From Rebecca billardiae RCC1528 (Eukaryota > Protista > Haptophyta), in the NCBI GenBank assembly GCA_965240325.2, contig OZ251228.1, positions 372,001-436,000 on the forward strand: a stretch of 64,000 nt of DNA. The letters run 5' to 3'. The notes below the pieces were generated by a model. That model was not told where the DNA came from. It did not search any database and saw only the letters and a list, made by a program, of their open reading frames with translations. The translations under genes and the position numbers were made by a program. Shown here one piece after another: positions 48,510 through 59,737 of the stretch. Positions within the stretch are counted from its first letter, which is position 1. Every line of letters starts with the position of its first letter.

Positions 48510-50910
48510 TAGGGGGTCCATGACAGCAGCCCACTGATTTGTGATTTTCGACAACTATATGCGATTTAGGTGTCTGACGAGCGAGGCGCTTGCGAAGGCA
48601 CCCACAAATATGTCCCGGAACCCAGCCCAGCCGTCAGAAGCACGCAAAACCGACTCCGCGTGCCGTCACGCGGTCGTGCGCGCGCGCCAGCTGCGCCACT
48701 GTGTCACATACAGATTCAGCCAAACGTCAACGACTTGTTATGGCGGCTAAATGACGGTATGTCGTCGAACATACTTATTCATAACCGTTGCAACCCGCCC
48801 AAATAAAATTACGGTGGAATTGCTGATTTTTAGAAGGCACGATGAGTGCGCGTAGAGGGCGAGGAAAAACTACTCCAAGATCGAGCATGTTACCCATTTA
48901 ATTAGAGACACGTACCCGTATATATGCGCATGTCTACCCGTTTATTATATAAAGCGGGTGCGTTTTAAATATATATTCAGGGTGCTGTCAATATGGGGGT
49001 ACCTTGTTCACTATTCGTGCCGGGTCATCCGAATAGGCCGCGCCGCCGCGCGGAGACCGCGGGCTCATGCCACTCGAACCGTGCCGCAGCAGGCCCGGAC
49101 GGACCTGATGCGGGCGGCGGGCTGCGTGCCGAAGCACACTACCAAGCCCACCTCTGAGCATGCCACCATCCCCATAGTCGTGAGAGAGTCCTCCGCCATC
49201 GAGGCTTGCGTGCGCAGACTAGCAGTCGCCGCCGCCGAGCTTGCCGCGGTCCGTTCGGCGACTTCCGTGCCCGTGCTCTGTGTCACCGGCGTCGTCGCCG
49301 TTCGTCGTACCCTAGCCCACGCGAGGGCGTCACCGGTCCACCAGTACTGCGGCGGACTGCGCGCGCTTCGCCGCGCGCTCGCCCTCGAGCTCCGGCGCTC
49401 TCCTCTCGCGCTCGAACTCGGCGCAGTCGGCAGCCATGGCAGCCCGCTCGGCCGCAGCTCGATCTGTGCCCCCGCGCGCGCTGCGCTCGGTTGCGTTGGC
49501 GCGCAAGCTGGCGCGCGCAGCGTCGGCGACGGCGCGCGCGATCGCCTTGCGCGACGAGTTCAGCTCCACCTGCTGCTCCGTCAGGCGCACCTGCTGCTCC
49601 AAGATGATCGCGTGCTCAGCAGGAGTCACGCGCTGCTCGTGCAGCTGCACCTGCACGCGGCCTGCTGCGGACGCGCGCGGCGCGCTGGCGTCGGGGGGCG
49701 AGTAGAGGTCGCGGAAGGGGCAGCTGTCGTCGCCGGCGCCCAGCGACGTGTCGTCGACATCCAGCTCCGCCTTCCTCTCCGCCGCCGACGCGCCCTGCTT
49801 CCGGCTCAGGATGCGCTCCATGTCCTCGTGCTTGCCCTTCCACCACCTGTGCACGGTCATCAGCCAGATGCCGATCACCTCGAGCCGCGGCGAGTCGTGG
49901 CGCAACGAGATGCCGAGCGCATCCACGCAGACGAGCGTGAGCGCCTTGGGCTTCTTCGTCCGACCGTCGCGCGCGGTCTGGGCGCACGCAGGGGTGAACA
50001 CTCTGACCAACGGCTTGTGCTTCTTCAAGTTCTCAAGCATGAGCTCCACGAGACCACGAGCGTGCGGAGGAGGTCGAGGAGCATGAAGTCGAGCACCGAT
50101 GCGTACCGCGGGCGAGTGCCGGCCACGCGCCAGCTGGTCGAAGGCTGTAGCACGTGGATGGCGCGCGCCGCCACCGCCGTCTCCTCGAGCTGCTGCGCGC
50201 TGACGTTGACGTCAGGCCGTAGCTCGGGCCTGCACGGTTGCTCACAGTCGAGGCCGTCCGCGGAGGAGGCGAGCCCCTCGGCGGTGCCGGCAGGGACCTC
50301 GGGCGGGTCGCACACACCCATGGGCACGCGTGCATCATCATCTGCCGCGCCCTGGACCTCGTCATGCCCGGCACAGCGGTCCGCAAGTTGGTCGGCGGCA
50401 GCTGGCCCTTGCGGCAGAGGCGTCGCGGGCACGTCCGAGGGCGAGATGGCAGCGACGGGTGGGGAAGGAGACAGTGTCCAGTCGTTGTCGATGCCCATCC
50501 CACCATATTGCGCATGTTCGTCTCCGTATTGCTCTCCTGCACGTGCTCCCAGGACGCGCTCCTTGGTCGCGAGCAGCACACGTCGAGCACGCAGATTCAA
50601 ATGATGAAGCACGAGCGTCGTTTGGCCAGCGACTCCCAACGAGAGCCCGGTCCACACGAACCGTGGCTACGTGTCCGTGTCCACCGAGTCGCTCGGCGAG
50701 GCGCCTGCGCCGATGTGGGCGCGCCCAATGGCGAGCGGACGGCCGTCGACGAGGGCCATCAGCCTTGCCGACCCCGTTCAGAGCTCCGCTCCCGCGCCGG
50801 GCCGAGCCGAGCGCGGATTTGGAATCTGCCGATCGCGAAAACACGCCGAACAAGTTCTGAAAAGGAAAAGAAAAGAAATCAAAACTCGATTTAATCAGAT
50901 GGACCCCCTA
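48510..50910. mobile_element. Family B TIR DNA transposon, 2.4-kb shorter copy, TSD CTATAAA
   Basis: CTATAAA|TAGGGGGTCCAT...ATGGACCCCCTA|CTATAAA; homologous to 7708-10087 but lacks ~1.5 kb near the right end. Confidence 0.9.
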
Positions 50911-50932
50911 CTATAAAGTCGTATATATATAT

Positions 50933-52702
50933 GTCTAGCCGTCGTCCTCGTGAACGCCGACGCCAACTGCTGGCCGAAGGTGGGCACGCCGCCTGGCATG
51001 TCGATGCCGAGGCGGCTGCGTGTGTTCCTACTCAGTGGGATTTACGTGTCCTCATGCCTTGGCGAGCGGCAGCAGATGCGGTGGGCATGCCGCTCGCCGT
51101 CGACGAGACGCGGTGCGTGACGTCGACGAGACGCGGTGCGTGAGTGATCCCGCGCGGACGTCCGCTGACGGAAGGCTGAGCGCCTGCGGACTCGTCGACT
51201 GAACCTCCACCTGACCGCCCGGGAGCAGCACTGCTGGGGACCTAACCTGAAAAACCCAATCGTGTTGGGAGGCAGGGGGTCACATGAGCCCTAAGTGCAG
51301 CGCCGCAAGACCGGGCGGCCGGACGGCGGGTGTTGTGATCCCGCCGCCCGAGCACCAGACCAACGGGCCCTGGGTGGGCGGGTTGCCGAAAGATGTTGGT
51401 CGGTGCACGCGACGCGCCACCCGCGTGCGAGCCGCCGCCGCCGGCGACGCAGGACGAGCTTGGCTGGAGCCATCTCGCACGCCGCGCCTGGCGAAGCAGG
51501 CGGCAGAGGCCGGCGCCGGAAATCGATCTCCTGGGCGGCAGAACAACCCGGACAGACTGTTTGTCCGGGAGCAGCGCCCTTTGAGGCGATGGTCTGGTAG
51601 AGGGCGATGTGGCTGATGAGCGGCGCTGGCGCCCGGCGTTCTTGTCGTCCTCTTAGACAATCAGTTATTGTACCAATAACCCCACGTCTAGCCGTCCTCG
51701 TGAACGCCGACGCCAACTGCTGGCCGAAGGTGGGCACGCCGCCTGGCATGTCGATGCCGAGGCGGCTGCGTGTGTTCCTACTCAGTGGGATTTACGTGTC
51801 CTCATGCCTTGGCGAGCGGCAGCAGATGCGGTGGGCATGCCGCTCGCCGTCGACGAGACGCGGTGCGTGAGTGATCCCGTTTCATGGTGTGTTGGGGAGC
51901 ACCGCGTGGAGGAGAATCCCATTGAGTGATGGGAAGGAAAGGGGGCAAGGCACGTGTGAGTCGCGCACGCACGAGGGCCGGCCAGCGGGGGCTGGGCAGG
52001 TGGGGCAGTGCGAGTGAGACGGAACCCGAATAGGAGAGATAGCAGGCAGCCGGCCCCGAGGCGCGGCGCTGCGGAAGCAGGAGAAGGCTAGACGGCCTTT
52101 GCGGATGCTGTGAATGGCCCGCGGGTGCGCACGGGGCCCGGCGCGCGGTGTGCCGCCAGCGGTCCTTGTGTAGGAGCCGGCTGGCGTTGGCACCGGGGCG
52201 ATCCCGAGGCAGGGCGGGAGAGATGGAGCAGCGATCCGCGTGGGGGCGCACCCACGGAGGAGGAGGCATGTGGCGAAGAGGGAACGGTGCGATCGGGGCG
52301 GGTGCGGAAGAGCCACAGGGTGCGCACGCACACAGAGAGAGAAGAGGCGGTGGCCCGAAGCGCGAGGGGGCGCGATGCGGAGCGTTGCTTACCGCCGAGT
52401 TGCCGAAAGATGTTGGTCGGTGCACGCGACGCGCCACCCGCGTGCGAGCCGCCGCCGCCGGCGACGCAGGACGAGCTTGGCTGGAGCCATCTCGCACGCC
52501 GCGCCTGGCGAAGCAGGCGGCAGAGGCCGGCGCCGGAAATCGATCTCCTGGGCGGCAGAACAACCCGGACAGACTGTTTGTCCGGGAGCAGCGCCCTTTG
52601 AGGCGATGGTCTGGTAGAGGGCGATGTGGCTGATGAGCGGCGCTGGCGCCCGGCGTTCTTGTCGTCCTCTTAGACAATCAGTTATTGTACCAATAACCCC
52701 AC
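50933..52702 (+). mobile_element. Family C head-to-tail dimer (50933-51685 and 51686-52702)
   Basis: Both units start GTCTAGCC and end TAGACAATCA-GTTATTG-TAC-CAATAAC-CCCAC; exact junction CCCCAC|GTCTAGCC; shared ~200-bp 5' and ~300-bp 3' blocks with different middles. Confidence 0.85.
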
Positions 52703-53153
52703 ACATATACCTCACCCTCAAGAAGATCGCCAAGATGGGGCGGGACACGTGGCGCGCGCGCCTCAGCGCGCCCTCGCGCCCCGCCGCCGAGCGCGCGCTG
52801 CTCGGCACCATGCGGCGCGAGCTGGGCATGCGCTGCCTGCGTGGCCAGGCCAAGATGCTCATCGCCCGCGCGCGCATGGCGCACGTGCGCCCGGGGGCAC
52901 GCGCCCGCGGGGGCGCTGCATACGACGACTACTTCGAGACGACGGCTGACGACGCGTGGCACCGCGACCACCGCGGTGGCGCGTGCGCGTCGACGCCAGA
53001 CGGTGCGTCGAGCTTCCGCTCGGCGATGGAGTGATGGGCGACTATGAGGGGGGGGACGACGGCGAGGAGCGCTGATCCTGGTGTTTGTCTCTGCTGCTCG
53101 ATCTGCTGCTACAGCTTGCTGACTCTGACGCCTGCCCGTTGCATACCACGTCG

Positions 53154-53157
<4 letters not shown>
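52703..53157 (+). mobile_element. 5'-truncated 3' end of a probable RLE-type (CRE-like) non-LTR retrotransposon (family D)
   Basis: ORF tail ..LKKIAK..LLGTMRRELGMRCLRGQAKML..stop at 53034 resembles the CRE-clade C-terminal R.S.A..RGNA..L motif; 3' UTR ends CCACGTCGTTAA then (TA)n; three shorter 3'-anchored copies occur elsewhere. Confidence 0.5.
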
Positions 53158-53211
<54 letters not shown>

Positions 53212-53280
53212 CTCGTCGTCTCAGCATATATATATATATATATATCATATTATTATAATATATATATATTATAATAAATA
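53158..53280. repeat. (TA)n-rich microsatellite tract, interrupted
   Basis: Seen directly. Confidence 0.9.
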
Positions 53281-54176
53281 ACGACTACGACGGTGCAGTG
53301 GACGAAGCGCACTCTGCGCACTCCCTGGACGACGCCGCAGCGCCAGCCGCCGCCAGCCAGCCAGCTGGCTCGAGCGGCAGGCGCGTACGCGACCGCTCGG
53401 GGAGCACGGGGGCAGGCTCGACCAGCTGCTACCAGCGGCTGAGACTGCCATCAGCTGACATCCGGACCTGCACCATCGCCCTCGCTCGGGGCACAGCAGG
53501 GCCATGCGAGCCGCGCAGCGCACGGGTGGATCGCGCTCCAGCAGCTCAAGGCCGCGCTCAAGCTTTACGATAATACGATCGCGGTGCAGGCTATGCTCTG
53601 CCACCAACGCCGACTTCGTGTCCGGACGATCGGGCACTGCCGCCGACGAATCACTAATCAGGACTGCAGGAGAGTGGACGGACCCGCGTCGAGTCCTACC
53701 TGTGTCGTTATTAAATCATATAGAATGCTGGGTATAGTCCGCCGGGACTAATAATTAACATTCATCATCAATTTCATCGTCAATTTATTTCATGCGCGCA
53801 GATCTATCATCCGAATACGTACGGGATTATTCATATATTTATAATTGATTCTGATCGATCGATTTGATCCGGCCGATTGCCGCGTGATTGCGGTCATGAT
53901 GCACGCAGCAGTGACCCGAAGGGACCGCGGGAAAGGCCCCGCACAAGGACATATAACGACTAACGTGCCCTCCCCAGCCACCGCAGGCGTCTGCAGCCGG
54001 TCCCTACACGATCCTGCCGACCGACCCAGACGATGACGATGTCGATGTCCGAAAGGACCGCCGGACGGCGCAGTCGATAACGATTTCGATGATGCCAGGT
54101 GTAGAGGCCACTCCCAGGCCTCGCCCCGCGCGCCGCAGACACGTCTATGCGCCCGGCGCGCAGAGAGTGCGCACTT

Positions 54177-55592
54177 TCACTTGCGTGCACGCGGCGGCGT
54201 CGCGGGCCTCGAGCCGGCGAAGCGAGGCTGCGCAGCCAAGCACGCGTGGGCGCACGCGGGTGGCGGGCGGGCGTGTGAGCAAGAGCGGCGCAGCAGGTCG
54301 GGCAGCGCGCGCTGCGGCGGCCGTGCGCACCTTCTTGTCCACGGGCTTGAGCACCTGGAAGGAGCACATCAGGTTCTCGTCCACGCTCATCATCGCGCCG
54401 CAGTTGTCGAACTCGCCGCAGTAGTTGGGCGCCGAGAAGACGGTCACGAGCTGGCGCCCCGCGAAGAACTCGTAGCCGTCCTCGACGACCTGGTGTGCGC
54501 GCACAATCAGGTCGAAGTCGTTCTTTTGCAAAAACTTGGCGACCACGTCGGGCCCGAATGTGTACGAGACCCCGCGGTCGTTCTCGGACCAGCCGTTCGC
54601 ATCCTTGTCCGGGTCGGACCAGAGGATGTCGCACAGAAGGCCTGCGCGGCGGCACACACACGGCGGGCCCGGACGCGCGTGAGTGTCCGCCCCGCGCGGC
54701 GCTGCGCAGGCGCCTCGCGGGGCGCGCGGCGCGCACCCGTGTCGGGCACGTCGGTGGGGCGCAGGATCTTGTTGATCTGCGACGTGTTGACGAGATCAGG
54801 CGAGAGGCCGCCGTGGATGCAGAAGATCTTCTCGTCCACGACCGCCGCGAGCGGGAAGACGTTGAACACGTCCTGGAACTGCGGCCGGTGGGGCGAGCGG
54901 GCGGGCGAGGCGTGCGCGGCAGGGCGTGTGAGTGCGTGTGCGGCGCGTCTCGAGCGGCGTGCGAGCGCGCAGCGACGCGCGGGCGGCGGCGCGTGGCGGC
55001 CGGGGGCGACCCCCACGCGCCCGCGCACCTTCTTCCACAGCTTGACGCTGTAGCGGCGCTTGCACTCGTCGTAGAAGCCGTAGATGCGGTTGATGGCCGC
55101 GCACTCGTGGTTCCCGCGGATCATGAAGAAGTTCTCGGGGTACTTGATCTTGTACGCGAGGAGCAGGCAGATGCATTCGAGACCGTTGCTGCCACGGTCG
55201 ACGTAGTCGCTGCGCGGGGCGCGGGGCGCGCGGCGAGCGGCGACGCACGAGGCACGTGAGGCGCGGCCGCCCCGCGCGGCGGCCGCTCGCGAGCGCCGGC
55301 CGCGGCCGCGGCGCCGGCGCGCTCACCCCAAGAAGAGGTAGTTGGCCTCGGGCGGGAAGCCCTTGAACTCAAACAATCGTAGCAGATCCGTGTACTGCGC
55401 GTGGATATCGCCCACGATCTGCAGCGGCGCCTCGAGGTCGAGCAGGTTGGGCTGGTTGATAAAGATCTCGCGGCTCGACGTGCAGAGGTACGTGATCTCC
55501 GCCTCGGTGAGCTGCACGTTCGTGCCGGGCCGCCTGTTCTTCACGGCCAGCAGCTTCTCAAGAATCGCATCCACGTCTGGGGTACCCGCCAT
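54177..55592 (-). CDS. PP1: Ser/Thr protein phosphatase 1 catalytic subunit (5 exons)
   Basis: GDIHAQ, LFLG|[46 protein letters not shown]; the last exon reads [16 protein letters not shown] with the conserved TPPR inhibitory site. Confidence 0.95.
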
Positions 55593-56394
55593 GTCGCGCG
55601 CGCGAGCCGGCTACAGCCGCTGTGTGAGTGCGCTGGCGGTGTCGTGCGGCGGGAGGGCTGCTTTTGCCCCCTTCTCGCGCAGCCGAGTTGTTGCTCTCGA
55701 GCCAGCCGGACGATCGAGGAGGAGCGACGACGACGGGGCGGCAATAAGTATCAATCGAGGGGTCGCACCGAGCCGCACCCGCTTCTCGTCAAAGCCGCTC
55801 GAGGAGATATGCTATCAACCCCGTTACCCGCCGACAGCCGAGCGATCCCATTGGCTGGATGTGCGGCCGCCCGAGCGCGAAAATGGAACGAACCATAGAG
55901 AATTAGTCAATGTGGCGTGTGGAGATTGCTGATCTCCTGTATACGAAGAGGTGGGAGAAGGAGACAAGGAGGTATTTAGCTAGACATTTTGGTTGTGAGA
56001 ACCTTTCGACCGAAGCTGGGAGCGGCTTCTGTAACGACTTTCCCCGTGACCCGATTATCCCTATGCAAGGCTCCTCAGTATTGAGGTCAGACCATTGTCA
56101 TGCATTCGATCGTTCATCACGGTTCGTCATCAAAATGTATTCGGACCGATGAAATGTCGCCTAGTCGCGTTTACTACGACTTCCCATCACTCATATTGCC
56201 CACCGTTCATTTTTTGCGCGTATCTGTGATGGGCGCGAATTGCCCGTCCGGTAACCACTCTACGGCTCCGCGTGGGCGCCGCGTGCACGCCGTGCAGATC
56301 TGCAATCCCGGCCGGGGCGGAAGGCGAAGGCCAAGGGTGAACACGATGCCCGGGTCACCGCCCTTGCTGCGCACCTGCTGGCACGCCCAGGACA

Positions 56395-58005
56395 TCACGT
56401 CCACCGCCAAAAGCGCAGCGAGAGCGCGAGCAGCAGCCGGGCGAGCACCAGCACCAGCGTCATCGCCATAGACGGCGCCGCGCGCGCGTTTGCGCGCTCG
56501 CCCGCTGCGCGGCGCCGCGTCCACGCATACTCTGCGCGTGTCGAGACGCGCGTCGCAAGCTCCTCGCCGCACGCGTCCGCGATCAGCTCGAGCGCGAGGT
56601 CGGTGGCCGCCGACGCGCCATCTGACGTGTGCGCGCGGCCATCGACGACGCCATGCGTGCCGCGCACCCAGCGCACGCGCGCGCCGTAGCTCTCATACAG
56701 CGCGGCCCCGAGCGCGCGCGCCACGGGGGGTGGCGCTCCCCCCGCCGCACTCGGCGCGACGGCGCGCGCGCCGTCGAGCGCGCCGACGGACGCGAGCAGG
56801 GCGACGCCGCCGCCCGAGCCGAGGACGCGCCCCGCGCCCCTCGCCGCCTCGCGCACGAACCCGCGCACGGTCGCTGAGTGCAGCGCGCGCAACGATCCGC
56901 GGCCGCCGGGCACCAGAAGCACGTCCGCACGCACCGGCGCTTCGTGAGCGTCTGCACCGCGCCTGGCCGGCGCCGCCGTCGTGGAGCTCAAGCCTGCCCG
57001 CCGAGCGATCGGGCTGGCCACGACGCGCGGGCCCGCCGCGGGCTGCACGAGCTCGTGCTCCGCCCACACGCGCACCTCGAACGCTGGCGGCTCCCCCACG
57101 TCCGCCAGGCACCGGTTCGCCAGCCCGAGCATCTCGAGGGGCCCAAAGAGCTGCAGCACAGAGCAGCCGTCAAACGCAAGCGCCGCGACAGCCAGTGGCG
57201 GCTGCTCAGTGCAGCCCTCCCCGCGCCGCGCGCGGCGAAGCGGCGTGCTGAGCAGGGTGGCGCGCGCGCCCGCGAACGGGTCCAAGCGCGGGTCAAGCGT
57301 CGCGCTCCACCCCGTGTACCCGCACGCCGCGCACACCGCCTCCGCATCGATGCCGCCGCCGCCGCCGCCGCCGCCGCAGCTGCGGTCGTCGCCTTCGCCT
57401 CGGCCACGCGCCGACAGCAGCTGCAGCATGTGCGCCGTCAAGTCCGCGCCCGCAGAGATGCCGGAGGAGGTGAAGAACTTGGTCGCGCGCCGGCCAGTGG
57501 ACGGCTCGGTCGTCTCGGCGGCCACCCACCGCGCCGACGCGTCCCAAGCCGTGGCGGGCCGCGCCGCCGCGATCTCGGCATGGTCAATCTTGTTGGTCGT
57601 CGCGGCGAGGCCGTCCAGCAGCCCCGTGTGTGCGAGGAGGAGGGAGGCGGTGCACACGGTGATGACGACGGTCGAGGCCTCAGCGAGCGCGCGGAGGCAG
57701 GAGAGGAAGGGCGCGTCCTCAATGAGGGGCAGCACGCCATTCCCTCCGGGCAACAGGAGCACGTCGGCCGGTGCGACGCCCGCGCGCACACACGACTGCG
57801 CGACCATCTGCGGACCGTCCGCGGCGCGCGCCGTCCAGTCGGGTCGCACGCTGGCCGTGCGCACGGCGAGCGTGGGCCACGAGGAGCGTTGGAGGTCGGC
57901 ATACGTGGAGAGCAGCTCGAGCGGGCCGTACAGGTCAAGCAACTCGAAGTCGTCGAAGAGGACGACGAGCACATCGATGTGGCGCTTGCCGCGGAGCGCC
58001 TCCAT
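56395..58005 (-). CDS. Tandem DJ-1/PfpI-domain protein (isonitrile-hydratase-like) with hydrophobic C-terminal tail
   Basis: Domain 1: LFDDFELLDLYGPLE, LLLPGG, VCTASLLLA..GLLDG..ATTNK, TSSGISAG. Domain 2: FDGCSVLQLFGPLE, LLVPGG, TSDGASAATD. Confidence 0.85.
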   Translation of the reverse strand: MEALRGKRHIDVLVVLFDDFELLDLYGPLELLSTYADLQRSSWPTLAVRTASVRPDWTARAADGPQMVAQSCVRAGVAPADVLLLPGGNGVLPLIEDAPFLSCLRALAEASTVVITVCTASLLLAHTGLLDGLAATTNKIDHAEIAAARPATAWDASARWVAAETTEPSTGRRATKFFTSSGISAGADLTAHMLQLLSARGRGEGDDRSCGGGGGGGGIDAEAVCAACGYTGWSATLDPRLDPFAGARATLLSTPLRRARRGEGCTEQPPLAVAALAFDGCSVLQLFGPLEMLGLANRCLADVGEPPAFEVRVWAEHELVQPAAGPRVVASPIARRAGLSSTTAAPARRGADAHEAPVRADVLLVPGGRGSLRALHSATVRGFVREAARGAGRVLGSGGGVALLASVGALDGARAVAPSAAGGAPPPVARALGAALYESYGARVRWVRGTHGVVDGRAHTSDGASAATDLALELIADACGEELATRVSTRAEYAWTRRRAAGERANARAAPSMAMTLVLVLARLLLALSLRFWRWT

Positions 58006-58260
58006 CGTGCGTCGGCGAGTGGCGCCAAGCCGCCAACTCAGTGAAATACTAATAAGCCAATTCGTCTGTCACACCGCCTAATGTTAAAGCCGTCGCCGCC
58101 GATGCAGTAGCGCCGCGTGACACTGTTAGGTCTAATAGCTAGTCTTAGTCGTACTGTACTTGTAACTGTAGAAGTAATTGTACTACGTTTTGTCGTACGA
58201 ACGTAATGCTATATATCTGCTATCCTACATTCAGAGCACCGATGAGGATGAGGACGAATA

Positions 58261-59688
58261 TCAATAGGACGATCGCGATGACGGCGACGCCAACTCCGAC
58301 GACGATGCTCGAGCTCGCGCACCGCTGGGCTGAGTGCCTCCGCGCGTGGCCTCGCGCTTCGCTTCGCGCTTCGCCGCCTCCGCCGCCATCCGCTCCTTCA
58401 TCAGCTGCGGCAACCAGCACGCCGGCGGGCCCCTCGTCGAGCCGACCATCGACGCGCACGCGGCGCGCGACAGCTTTGTGCAGTGGTCCCACTTGTGCAC
58501 GATCGAGAGCTCGGTGAGCGGGTCGGGCGCGAGCGGCGCGCGCGGCGCCGGCGACGCGAGCCCCGCCTCCGCGCGCCGCCTGAGCCGCGTGAAGGCCCCC
58601 ACCTCGCCCAAGCAGTTCGGGCTCCGCCCCTTGAGCGTGCGCACGGGCCCCTCGGTCAGGTCGAAGATGCGGAGCTGGCCGTACGCGCGCGACGCGTGCG
58701 TGCCCACGCCGCCCAGCCTGCGGCGCCAGAGGAGGTGGTTGAGCAGCGGCTGGTCGTTCTCGTGGCACATGTCCAGCCACGACCGCGCCGCCTCCGCCGC
58801 CTCGGACAGCATGTCCGACGCGAGCTTGAGCAGCGCGCGCCGCGTGCCGTACAGCGTGCCGGAACACACGTTCGGGTGAAAGGCCTCGCTCATCACACGC
58901 GCCGTCTTGTTGGAGAAACAAGCTCCGAGGCGCTCGAGCTCCCAGCCGGTGAGGTCGCGCGACTCGGCGAAGAGCGCCAGGTCGTACTGCGATAGCGGCG
59001 CCGCCGAGCCGCCCGCCCGCCGCCTCGCCAGCACCGCCGCCGACTGCGCCGCGTCCGCCGGGCGCGCTGGCTCCGCGAACGGGTGCGCCACGAACAACAC
59101 GTCACGCACGTCGACAAGCCAGGCGTGTGTGTAGGAGCCGCGCGAGATCCAGTCGGTGTACGCGTCGTGCCGCATCTGCGCGAGCGAGCCGTGCCATCTC
59201 GGCCGGTCGAGCGGGTCCTCGGCCGACGGCTCGCGCGCAGGGCCGTCAGGGCGGCCGGGCGCACGCCCTCCTCCGCCGAGCACGCGAGCGAGCCATCGCA
59301 CGGTGGCGATCACGCTGAAGCTGCGGCCGCGCGCGCGCAACGCGGCCTTGCGCGCGGCACGCTCCTTCTCGAAGGCGCGCTTCTGCTCGATGATGTCGCG
59401 GCACGGCTCGGGGTGCGCGTCCACGCCGTGCGCGCGCAGGAACGCGCTCGTGTTCGCGTCCAGCTCGGGCTCCACCGCCAGATGCACGGCGCCGGTGTAG
59501 CCCGTTGCGCGGAGCGAGCGGACGAAGACGCTCAGGTCGGCCTCATTGTACAGGCAGGCCATGCCGCACACCGCGTACCGGCTGTCATCCTCGCCGCCCC
59601 CGCCCGCGCCCACCGCCACGAGCGACAGCAGGATCGCGGCGGCACTCAGGCCCGCCATGCGCCTTGCCGCCGACCGTGCATCCAGCAT
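58261..59688 (-). CDS. Putative type II membrane glycosyltransferase-like protein
   Basis: Signal anchor; FVRSLRATGYTG, LVDVRDVLF..HPF, CSGTLYGT, DQPLLNHL, IVHKWD (GT-A-like motif order). Confidence 0.65.
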   Translation of the reverse strand: MLDARSAARRMAGLSAAAILLSLVAVGAGGGGEDDSRYAVCGMACLYNEADLSVFVRSLRATGYTGAVHLAVEPELDANTSAFLRAHGVDAHPEPCRDIIEQKRAFEKERAARKAALRARGRSFSVIATVRWLARVLGGGGRAPGRPDGPAREPSAEDPLDRPRWHGSLAQMRHDAYTDWISRGSYTHAWLVDVRDVLFVAHPFAEPARPADAAQSAAVLARRRAGGSAAPLSQYDLALFAESRDLTGWELERLGACFSNKTARVMSEAFHPNVCSGTLYGTRRALLKLASDMLSEAAEAARSWLDMCHENDQPLLNHLLWRRRLGGVGTHASRAYGQLRIFDLTEGPVRTLKGRSPNCLGEVGAFTRLRRRAEAGLASPAPRAPLAPDPLTELSIVHKWDHCTKLSRAACASMVGSTRGPPACWLPQLMKERMAAEAAKREAKREATRGGTQPSGARARASSSELASPSSRSSY

Positions 59689-59737
59689 CGCTCAACCCGG
59701 CGTCGCGGGCTCACCGGGCATTCGTCCGGCGCTCAGC

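Noticed and set aside
51613-51650. Hammerhead ribozyme core (CTGATGAG) in family C, also at ~30270
   Set aside because: No GAAA follows a stem II and stems I/III cannot be built; the 30270 match lies in coding-like sequence.
53280-53740. Coding-like fragment downstream of the (TA)n tract
   Set aside because: Short broken frames with no recognisable motif; cannot be supported as a gene or TE.
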